A model generated the notes under the pieces. That model saw only the letters and a program-made list of their open reading frames with translations, was not told the origin of the DNA and searched no databases. DNA of 64,000 nt, from contig NC_043002.1 in the NCBI RefSeq assembly GCF_006345805.1, positions 89,404,001 through 89,468,000 of the forward strand, written 5' to 3'. The stretch comes from Octopus sinensis. Lineage: Eukaryota. Shown in pieces: positions 24,160 to 36,100 of the stretch. Numbering within the stretch: position 1 is the first letter of the stretch; each line of letters begins with the position of its first letter. The translations under genes and the position numbers were made by a program.

Positions 24160-27100
24160 TCGTGCACTTGCACACACTCACATGCACACAACCTTCCTTG
24201 TGCCATTGGATCAACAAATGACACCAGGTGACTTCCATTCCAAGCACTCTACTTATGGATTTTCCTGGAAGCTATAAAGATGGTTTCATATTGCCTTCCT
24301 TCTGGCTATTTCTTACAAGACACGAGTGAATAAAACAGGATGCATTGGTAAGTGAAGTACGTTGTAGGTTAGGTGTGAGAGGCCAGATATGATCAGTTTG
24401 AAGATAAGACAAGTAGAATATTTGGATTGGATATGGCCAGTTTAAAAGCTAAAGAGTTTATTAATTGAAGATAATCAGGTAGCTGGCTTTTTCATTGAGA
24501 TAGCCTATGAGTAGTAGAAGTTTAATAAAATGTCATATATAAAGGAAAAGGAACTCAATTGGAATTACTTTGATTTTCAGGAATGAATTCTGTAATGGAT
24601 GTTCTCAGGAGTGGTTCCTACAGGCCTAAGTAGAATCATTTAGCAATAAGAGTTTCAAATCTAAAAAATAAATAAAATGAAAATAGTCTTTGCTACATTA
24701 TATACATTTGACAGATATTTGTCCTTATCTTGTTTGTTGTTAACACATTTCAGCTGATATACTCTCCAGCCTTCATCAGGTATCTTGGGGAAATTTTGAA
24801 CCTGGATTCTCATTCCTAAGGTATTTTGCAATGTTGTTCTTGTTGTTATTATTATTCAGGTCACTGCCTGGAATTGAACTCAGAATCTTAGGGTTAAGAG
24901 CGCGGGCTACTAACCCCAAGATTCTGAGTTTGATTCCAGGCAGTGACCTAATAATAATATCGAAAAATACCTTAGGAATGAGAACCCAGGTCCGAAATTT
25001 CCCCAAGACACCTGATGAAGGCTGGAGGGTATATCAGTCGAAACGTTGTGTTAACAACAAACAAGATGAGGACAAATATCCGTCAAATGCAAATAATGTA
25101 CATAATTCTTCATCTCTTAAATATAGAACTGTATAATCTTTGCTAGTATAGCAGATGGGAAGGGGCTAAAATCATGGTATTAAAAATTCTTATATCTCCA
25201 ACAATGAACAAGAAACTGTTTATTAATATTTATTGAAATTTTTGAACGTAATCAGAGGAATAGTTGATATTAATCGTCATCATTTAACGTCTGCTGTCCA
25301 TGCTGGTATGGAAGCACCTCAGTTAGGGAAATATAGCTATAGATTTGAGTTAGTTTTTTTTATTAACCAAATATTTAATGCTTTCCTTTTTTTTATACTA
25401 GGTGTGTGCTTTTAACAGAACTGTATCAAAGGTTACTCATTTTTTGGAAAATGAAGCAAAAGGTACTAAAGTCATTGGTGCAACTTCACTTGAAGATATG
25501 GTGTCCAAATTGAAGAAACCTCGCCGAGTTATGATGTTGGTGAAAGCAGGCCAAGCAGTTGATGATTTTATTGATAAATTAGTAAGTTACTTTTAATTAA
25601 ATTTTTATTAATTTCAATTAAATTTCATTTTTACTGGTTAAATATTTATAATCGTGTGTTGACAATTTGTTAGAAAAAAAAAATTCTTACTACAAGATCC
25701 TGTTATCATAAAGCAAATCTTTACTCTACTGATTCTGTAATTTTGTTCTTTATTGGTTCGTAATGATTTTTCATTGTATATTAACAGCAATCTTTAAGTT
25801 CATTTTAAATAATGTAATGAATAATTAAGTAATTACTAGTAATTAATACAAGTAATTAAAAAATTTCATCAAGAGGGTACCTGTTTGTATGAAACATCTC
25901 CCTATTATACAATATCTGATTGCATTTAACACACAATCAAGACCGAATTTAATAATCTACTAAATAAAGACATTTTTTAAAACAATAATTTTCAAATTCT
26001 TAATTATTCATTGACTTGACTTGAGCAGCGTTCACCCGGGGTGGGTTGAGCTGGCTTCATTCATCCTCAATGCTGCATCTCTCACAGCATTGAGGGTGAA
26101 TGCTGCTCAAGTCAAGTCAATGAATAATTAAGAACTTGAAAATTTAAGAAGAATTTTCATGATAGGATCTTTATGGTTGTTATGAAAGAATATATCATCA
26201 TCATCGTTTAATGTCCGCTTTCCATGTTGGCATGGGTTGGACGGTTTGACTGAGGACTGGTGAGCCAGATGGCTGCACTAATATATCAAAATAGCTAGAA
26301 CCATTTTCATATCCACAGGTGCAGGTATGGCTGTGTAGATAAGAAGTTTGCTTTCCAACCCTATGGTCTTGGGGTTTAGTTCCACTGCATGGCACCTTGG
26401 GCAAGAGTCTTCTATAATAGCCCTGAGCTAACCAAAGCCATGTGAGTGAATTTGATAGATAAAAACTGGAAGAAGCCTGTCATATGTTTGTGTGTGTACT
26501 CTTGTCTTGACATCACATGAGAATTGTAAATGAGCATCACTGCCATTTAAGCAATACTGTTTGTTTCTAGTCTTTCATCAAAAACATGTCTGATCTTGGG
26601 GGAATGTTACTTTGCTTGGAAACAAATGAGGGATGGTGGAAGGAAGGGCGTCCAGCCACAGAAAATCTGCCTCAATAAGTTCCATCCACAGAAAAGTGAA
26701 TGTTAAATGATTTTCTATGGATTTTACATGGATTTTACATGGATCAGGTTCAGTTTGTTGAAGCAAATTTTCTACAGCCTGATTCTCTTCCTATCACCAA
26801 CTCTCACCTGTTTCCAAATCAAGTAAATATTTCTCCTGGACTTCTAAAAAGGATCAGCACTCATTGTAGCTGGACATGTTTTCTCAGATCATAAACAAAC
26901 AACACCACTTCTATAACAGTGACATTTGCTTACAATTAACATGCAATGTCAAAACAAGGAGAAACACACAAACATATTTGCTCTTACACACACGTGTGTG
27001 TGTGTGTGGTGTGTGTGTGTGTATGTATATATATATATATCATCATCATCATCATCATTGTTTAACGTCTGCTTTCCATGCTAGCATGGGTTGGACGATT

Positions 27101-30100
27101 TTGACTGAGGGCTGGCAACCAGATGGCTGCACCAGGCTCCAGTCTTGATCTGGCAGTTTCTACAGCTGGATGCCCTTCTTAACGCCAACCACTCCGAGAG
27201 TGTAGTGGGTGCTTTTTTACGTGCTACCGGCCCAGGGGCCAGTCAGGTGGTGCTGGCAATGACCTCGCTTGAATCTTTTACACGTGCCACCAGCACAGGT
27301 GCCAGTGAAGCGACGTTGGTAACGATCACGCTCGCATGGTGCCCTTGTACATGCCACGGGTACGGAAGCCAGTTGGCTGCTCTGGCAACGATCACGATCG
27401 GATATATACCCAATGTGCTTTTTCCAGTTTCCATCTACCAAATCCCCTCACAAAAGTTTGATTGACCCACAGCTATTATAGTATACTTCCAAGGTGCCAT
27501 GCAGTGGGATTGAAGCCATTTGGTTGGGAAGTGGAACTTTTTAATGACATAGCCATGCCTGCACCAAGAATATTAATGTTAAATCAATCAGTATTACAAT
27601 TACCATTGTCTGCAATATATTTTTAATTTAAATACAAGAGAAAATATGTTTTAACCAGTAGGTCTACATTGACTCGCAATTTCTAAAATATTGTTGTATT
27701 CAATGTGTGTCTGGAAACATTGCAAGAAGAAAATATGACAACTGTTTTTTCTTAATGTTATCATAGGTGCCCCTGCTTGAGAAAGGTGATATCATTATAG
27801 ATGGTGGAAACTCAGAGTATCAGGACACAACTGTAAGTTAGATTTTGTTTTAAGTCAAACTGTTTTATAATATTTACAAATCTAATTAGGAAAAAATTAT
27901 TTTACCTAAATAACTTTTGGAAAACTCTCATTTCTTCCTATCTTACATGCACACGCATACACTTGTACATATATTTACATACATGTTGTTTGTTCCTTCT
28001 CGAGCCATGCCTGGCTCATAAGGGCCGGTTTCTTGTTTTTTTTTTTTCTGATCTGAGGATAAAACTTGGGTGTATCTTTATGATCCTGAAACAAACTTTC
28101 AGTCCATGTATTGGCAAACATCTCACCTATTCTCCAAGGCTCGAGGAGTTTAAAAGCCAGTGATTGACACAGAAAGTCATGCTGACTTTTTTTCTGGAAT
28201 GAAAGACATTATTCTCATTGATTTTCTGAAACTTGGCTGTACTGTAAACATAGCAGACTGAGTGCAGATATGAGCAGCATATGGGAACAGGCATTAAGGA
28301 AGAATAGAAAAATATTAGATTTATAAACCCTAAAATTCACTCCATAATTGCCCACGGGCATATGGCATAGTGCTTAAGAGTGCGGGCTACTAACCCCAAG
28401 ATTCCAAGTTCGATTCCAAGCAGTGACCTGAACAATGATAATAATGATAACATACCTTAGGAATGAGAACCCAGGTTTGAAATTTCCCCAAGACACCTGA
28501 TGAAGGCTGGAGGGTATATCAGCCAAAATGTTGTGTTAACAACAAACAAGATATATATTTACACTATCCATTAAGAGGAAGAGACTGGCTAAGAATCTGA
28601 AAGTGATCTATGTTCACTATGACGATGCATGATCACATATATCTTTGGTAGGGCTGATCAGTGATCACCCATCCACCATACAACTTATAACTAGCTCCCT
28701 CTGCTTTTTGCCTGATTTTATAGCACAAAATGAAAGTGGCAGTGAAGAAATGGATAGAACAATGTACAGCTGAATATTTTCAAAGAAGATTCAAGAATGG
28801 TACAAATGCTCACTTGTAATGTGACTCTTTATATATCTTTAAATAAAGGAAGAGTTACTTGGCCAACATGTACAATTTGAATAGCTTATTGTCATCATCA
28901 TCATCGTTTAACGTCCGCTTTCCATGCTAGCATGGGTTGGGTGAATGACTGAGGGTTGGCGAACCAGATGGCTGCACCAGGCTTCAATCTTGATCTGGCA
29001 GAGTTTCTACAGCTGGATGCCCTTCCTAACTCCAACCACTCTAAGAGTGTAGTGGATGCTTTTACGTGCCACCGGCACGGAGCCAGTCAGGCGGTACTCA
29101 CAATGACCTCGCTTGAATCTTTTACACATGCCACCGGCACAGGTGCCAGTAAGGCGATGCTGGTAACGATCACGCTCGAAGGGTGTCTTTTACGTGTCAC
29201 CAGCACAGAGGCCAGATAGCCACTCTGACAGCGATCACGCTCGGGTGGTGCTCTTAATACCCTGCTAGCACGGGGCTCGAGTGCCATAAGGCGACGCTGG
29301 TAACGATCATGCTCAAATGGTGCCTTTTAAGTGCCACTGGCACAGAAGCCGGTTAGCCGCTCTGTCAATGATCACACTCGTATGGTGCTCTTTGCAGTTA
29401 ATAAAAAATGTTATCATCACTTTTGCATTAATTTCGGTACAACCCTTGTGTATATAGATGTGCATGTGTGTATGCACATACATGATGTGGTAGTCTTTTG
29501 AAAGACAGTCGTACGATTTCTTGCTGAACAACCTGCACAAATAATTTGTTTATAGCGATGAAATGTTTGTGTTGTATATTCGTTCACTCCCTCCATATAA
29601 TCAACATTACCTGAACAGGTGCATAGTGTACCATACATCATATTTTAACATGATCACAGCGCAATACAAAATGAAGTGTTTTACTCATGAACACAATGCA
29701 TCACCTGGTCCTGAAATTTAACCCACACTCTAACAATAATGAGCACAACAACCTAACTGCGAGGTTGTGTGCCTTCATATACATATATACATGTATCTTT
29801 TTCTTTTTCTTAGCGTCGTTGCAAAAGTTTGGAAGCTCAAGGTCTCTTGTACATAGGAACTGGTGTTAGTGGCGGTGAAGAAGGTGCACGTCATGGTCCC
29901 TCTATAATGCCTGGAGGATCTCCTGCAGCTTGGTGAGTTTATTATCCAGTTTTCTTGTAGCCTTATTTCAGTATCATTTCAAAACAATCGCTTTACATAT
30001 ATAATAACTTTCTTAAATACAGTTCTATATTTAAGAGATGAAGAATTATGTACATTATGTACGTAATTTACATTATTTACATTTGACAGATATTTGTCCT

Positions 30101-33100
30101 CATCTTGTTTGTTGTTAACACAACGTTTTGGCTGATATACCCTCCAGACTTCATTAGGTGTCTTGGGGAAATTTCGAACCTGGGTTCTCATTCCTAAGGT
30201 ATTTTTACGATGTTGTTATTATTATTATTATTATAATGCAGCTGTGGTAGGTTATACAAAGGCAAAACTTGCCGCCCCCTCAAAATAAGTGTAGAAGAAT
30301 ATCACAAAGCTGTGACACGAGGAGATATTGATAAATCGAGTATAGCTGATCATGAATGGAAAAATAGAGACCACCTCCCCCTGTGGGATGAAGTTAAAAT
30401 AATAGACAGAGAACACCACTGGAAAATATGAAATCTCAAAGAAGCAGCACATATGCTAGGATACAACAACCTCTTAAACAGACCAAGTACAGATATGAGC
30501 AGCATATGGGAACAGGTATTAAGGAAGGATAGAAAAATATTAGATTTATAAGCCCTAAAATTCACTCCATAATTGCTCATGGGCAAATGGCATAGTGGTT
30601 AAGAGTGTGGGCTACTAACCCCAAGATTCCAAGTTTGATTCCAAGCAGTGACCTGAACAATAATAATAATAATAATAACATCGAAAAAATACCTTAGGAA
30701 TGAGAACCCAGGTTTGAAATTTCCTCAAGACACCTGATGAAGGCTGAAGGGTATATCAGCCGAAATGTGTTAACAACAAACAAGATGAGGATAAATATCC
30801 GTCAAATGTAAATAATGAACTTCCTTAAATATTGTGTATAAAATGTTTTTCGTTAAATCTATTGTGTAATTTTCAAAATATATTGACTTTCTATGATTTG
30901 TCTTTTCTTCCTTATAGGCCACATGTGAAGGATATTTTTCAATCTATATCTGCCAAAGCTAACAATGAACCTTGCTGTAACTGGGTAAGCTTTTATTCTT
31001 TTTCATTATTTTAATTGATTTTATTAATTCAAACTGGTGTTATAAACGGGTTTCCAGTTCTAGAAACCATGCCAAAACAGACATTAGAGCTTGACATAGT
31101 CTTGTAACTTGCTGGCTACTGTCAAACCATCTAGCCCATTATTTACATTCGACGGATGTTTGTCCGCATCTTGTTTGTTGTTAACACAACGTTTCGGCTG
31201 ATATACCTTCCAGCCTTCATCAGGTGTCTTGGGGAAATTTCGAACCTGGGTTCTCATTCCTAAGGTATTTTTACGATGTTGTTATTATTATTATTATTAT
31301 AATGCAGCTGTGGTAGGTTATACAAAGGCAAAACTTGCCGCCCCCTCAAAATAAGTGTAGAAGAATATCACAAAGCTGTGACACGAGGAGATATTGATAA
31401 ATCGAGTATAGCTGATCATGAATGGAAAAATAGAGACCACCTCCCCCTGTGGGATGAAGTTAAAATAATAGACAGAGAACACCACTGGAAAATATGAAAT
31501 CTCAAAGAAGCAGCACATATGCTAGGATACAACAACCTCTTAAACAGACCAAGTACAGATATGAGCAGCATATGGGAACAGGTATTAAGGAAGGATAGAA
31601 AAATATTAGATTTATAAGCCCTAAAATTCACTCCATAATTGCTCATGGGCAAATGGCATAGTGGTTAAGAGTGTGGGCTACTAACCCCAAGATTCCAAGT
31701 TTGATTCCAAGCAGTGACCTGAACAATAATAATAATAATAATAATAACATCGAAAAAATACCTTAGGAATGAGAACCCAGGTTTGAAATTTCCTCAAGAC
31801 ACCTGATGAAGGCTGAAGGGTATATCAGCCGAAATGTGTTAACAACAAACAAGATGAGGATAAATATCCGTCAAATGTAAATAATGTAAATAATGAACTT
31901 CCTTAAATATTGTGTATAAAATGTTTTTCGTTAAATCTATTGTGTAATTTTCAAAATATATTGACTTTCTATGATTTGTCTTTTCTTCCTTATAAGGCCA
32001 CATGTGAAGGATATTTTTCAATCTATATCTGCCAAAGCTAACAATGAACCTTGCTGTAACTGGGTAAGCTTTTATTCTTTTTCATTATTTTAATTGATTT
32101 TATTAATTCAAACTGGTGTTATAAACGGGTTTCCAGTTCTAGAAACCATGCCAAAACAGACATTAGAGCTTGACATAGTCTTGTAACTTGCTGGCTACTG
32201 TCAAACCATCTAGCCCATTATTTACATTCGACGGATGTTTGTCCGCATCTTGTTTGTTGTTAACACAACGTTTCGGCTGATATACCTTCCAGCCTTCATC
32301 AGGTGTCTTGGGGAAATTTCAAACCTGGGTTCTCATTCCTAAGGTATTTTTCGATGTTATTATTATTGTTCAGGTCACTGCTTGGAATCAAACTCGGAAT
32401 CTTGGGGTTAGTAGCCCACTCTCTTAACCACTACGCCATATGCCCGTGGGTTAAGAGAGTGGGCTACCAACCCTAAGATTCCGAGTTCGATTCCAAGCAG
32501 TGACCTGAATGCTAACAATAATAATGATAATAATAATAATAATAACAAAAAATGTTAGGAATGAGAACCCAGGTTCGAAATTTTCCCAAGACACCTGAAG
32601 AAGGCTGGAGGGTCTATCAGCCGGAACGTTGTGTTAACAACAAACAAGATGAAGACAAATATCCATTGAATGTAAATAATGTACATAATTCCTCATCTCT
32701 TAAATATAGAATTGTATCATCTAGCCCATGTCAGCATGGAAAGCAAATACTAAATGATGGTGATGATGATGATACCATGATAAAATGTGGCTAGTACACA
32801 CTATCAAGTGAACATGTAAGGGCCTCCATCCATAAAAACTAAACCAAAAGTGAAATATACAAGTGTGATATATCTTCCAACTCATGTTGGAAAAAGTATC
32901 TCAATAAAATTAGACTTGGAACATGGTGACCTATCCAACCCATACCAGCATGGAAAGTGAACCTTATACATCCTGTGATTATATAAGTTCTGGTGTTTAG
33001 CTGTCATAAAGCCAAATGCAGAGTCAGTGAAAATACAATATCCATTGTACAGCAAACAAAATAACTTTAATTTATTTTGGAATTAAACTTACTTGATGTG

Positions 33101-36100
33101 AGTTTAGAAAAATATCTAATGAATATGAAAATGTTTGGATACTGAATTCCATAAGATAAGCAATGTGAATATGAGAGACAAGTTCAGCCAAACTAAGGAA
33201 ATGGTTGTATGTTTAACCTTTTCGTTACTGTATTTATTTTGTGATGCTCTGTGTTTCTTTCAGTTACTCTAAATATAACAAAGGATTTAGTAAAATAACT
33301 TAGTTATCATTCAGCTAGTGTTAGGAACATAAATTATGACTAAGGTTTGGTGGAAGATTTTAATTCAGAACTTTTGAAAACAAGACATTTGTACTCAGAG
33401 CCAGAGCCGGTTTCAGCCAGGTTGGTAACAAAAGGGTTAAAAGCATCCATCATTGTTTGCAAGAGGGATTTATAAATGAACTGAGGATAGTTAAAAATTA
33501 TCATCATTTAACGTCTGTTTTCCACGCTGGCATGGGTTGGACGGTTTGGTTTAAGTTGGCCAGCTGAAGACCTGTCCAGGCTTCATGTCTTTTGGCATGT
33601 TTTCTATGGCTGAATGCCCTTCATAACACCAATCACTTTACAGAGTGTAGTGGGTGCTTTTACACAGCACCAGCATGAGTGCTTTTTATGTGGCACCAGT
33701 ACTCATGAGCCTGCAGGATTAGGCTTGCTCAGCTGAAGAGGTACGCAGGGGACATGCCTGTGTGTAAGGGCAACCACAATTTTGCTTAGCTTGACATGTC
33801 ATCCCCATTGTGAGGCCCAACATCTGAATATCATTTCTCACTACTTCGTCCCATATAAAAATGTGCAAATTCAGTCAGTTTGTGTCACTACAGAAAAATG
33901 CTTGTTAAACTGATGTGAGTAGTACAAGGCTTAAACCAGGTACTCTGATTTAACATGGCTGTTTACTCCTAAATCACTAATCTATTCATTTGATATCTAA
34001 TTTGCTATTTGTTGTTTGAATTCTAAAAGAATCATGAGGGTCATAAAACTAACATTAAAATATGGTATGCTAGTCTTTAAAAAGAAATGTGACTGTATAA
34101 TTCTTATGCTTGTTTTTAGATGAATCAATTTTTTTATTTAAAGGTTGGAGAAGAGGGTGCAGGCCATTTTGTAAAGATGGTACATAATGGTATAGAATAT
34201 GGAGATATGCAACTAATTTGTGAAGCATACCATTTGCTGAAGGATGTACTAGAATTGTCTCCAGCAGAAATGGCACAGGTTTGTTTGAATTTCTTTACTT
34301 AATGAAAACAGTAATTATCCATTCTTAATTCCGTATGATATCAAGATGACAAGAAAATTCTTATTGTTTTGTTATGGTTTCTTCGATCATTGTTAGAATA
34401 AAGAACACAGTTACACAGAATAAGGAACACAGGCGCAGGAGTGGCTGTGTGGTAAGTAGCTTGCTAACCAACCACATGGTTCCGGGTTCAGTCCCACTGC
34501 ATGGCATCTTGGGCAAGTGTCTTCTGCTATAGCCCCGGGCCGACCAATGCCTTGTGAGTGGATTTGGAAGACGGAAACTGTAAGAAGCCTGTCGTATATA
34601 TGTATATGTATGTGTGTCTGTGTTTGTCCCCCTAGCATTGCTTGACAACCGATGCTGGTGTGTTTACGTCCCCGTCACTTAGCGGTTCGGCAAAAGAGAA
34701 TAAGTACTGGGCTTACAAAGAATAAGTCCCGGGGTCGATTTGCTCGACTAAAGGTGGTGCTCCAGCATGGCCGCAGTCAAATGACTGAAACAAGTAAAAG
34801 AATAAAAGAGTAAAGAGTTGATATTAACTTTTTTTAATGTGGGATCCTGTTCATAACGATGTACTTACAGTATATATTTTTATCGTTTCTTTTCGTACAT
34901 CCAACATATTTGATTTAGTAAGGTGTTGCAAAGTTCAGCTGCGTACCTTTTAATTCCAGATCCACCCTTCTGAATTCTGACAGATTTTGCAATGAGAGGC
35001 CATCAGTTTACAGAAGTCACATGCTCTGTGTGGCTAAAATGGCTAATAGTTGACTGGGAGAGAAGTTTTGTGGATTCTCACTGAAAATTGAATTCCTGAC
35101 TGTATCTTCCTCCTTAATACATTATTTGAACGGCTGCTACAAGCCATTTCCTAAAGATTGCCTTTCATCTTTTTGTAGTGGTCACTCAGTATCCCATACT
35201 ATAATGACGTAGACCGTAGTTTTTAACAGCACCATTATCATTATTTAACATCCACTTGTCCATGCTTGCATGAGTCCAATGGAATTTGCTGAGGCAAATT
35301 TTCTATGGTGAGATTCCCTTCCGGTTGCTAACCCTCACCTGTTTCCCAAGCAAGGTAATATTTCTCCATGACCAGGCATATTTACCATGGAAGACTAGAA
35401 ATAAACAGCATCATTTGCTTGACAGTGATGCTTCTTTACAAATATCTCATGATGTCAAGACAAAGGTATACACAAACACATACATGCATGTACAGTGAGC
35501 TTCTTCCAGTTTCCGTCTACCAAATTCACTCATATATTGGGAGAAAATCTGAAACATTAGACAGTGAGATGGAAAGATGTCAAAATCATGATTTTCTAAA
35601 GAACTTTAATAGCATAAATGAAGTAAGCTAAATAATTAGATCTGTCTTTAAGCCCAAATGCAATTGTTGACTTAATTTGATGATAATCAAATAAAATTAC
35701 AGCATATATTTTTGTGTATGCCATTTTCTGTTGGACTTATATTACCTGTTCTGGCCAGCCTCTATCTTGGTTATATGATTACAAGAAAAATCATTTATGA
35801 AGTCATTTACTCTCTCTCTCTCTCTCTCTCTCTCTAATCCTGCCTCTTTCTGCTGTATCATCATTACTATTTGCTGCTCTTCACCCCCATGCTGGGCTGA
35901 CTGAACACTAAAAGTTGATCTCTATATATATATAAAGACATTTCGTCTGTGTTACATATTTACAAAATTTCATGCTTATTTTCCTTTAATTTAATGAAGC
36001 TATTGCTCATTTATTTTTTCTTATTCAGGCATCACTAAATATTTTGTTTCTATATCAATAATTCAAGAGAAAATACACTAAAACTGTTTCCCCGTGGGTT

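Larger units (their letters stand above)
30190..32347 (+). repeat. Tandem duplication, unit ~1.07-1.08 kb, containing PGD exon 6
   Basis: Offsets of 1066 (30252 vs 31318) rising to 1079 (exon copies); only 3 indels seen between the copies. Confidence 0.95.

Noticed and set aside
28356-28428. tRNA gene call for the tRNA-like heads (also 32373-32445, 60315-60388)
   Set aside because: Acceptor stems do not pair, there is no Pol III T-run terminator, and they are embedded in multi-copy retroelements
24742-32635. Selective inactivation of sense-strand hammerheads in PGD introns
   Set aside because: 1 of 5 sense and 2 of 4 antisense copies are intact, and two pairs are non-independent duplicates; the numbers cannot show a bias
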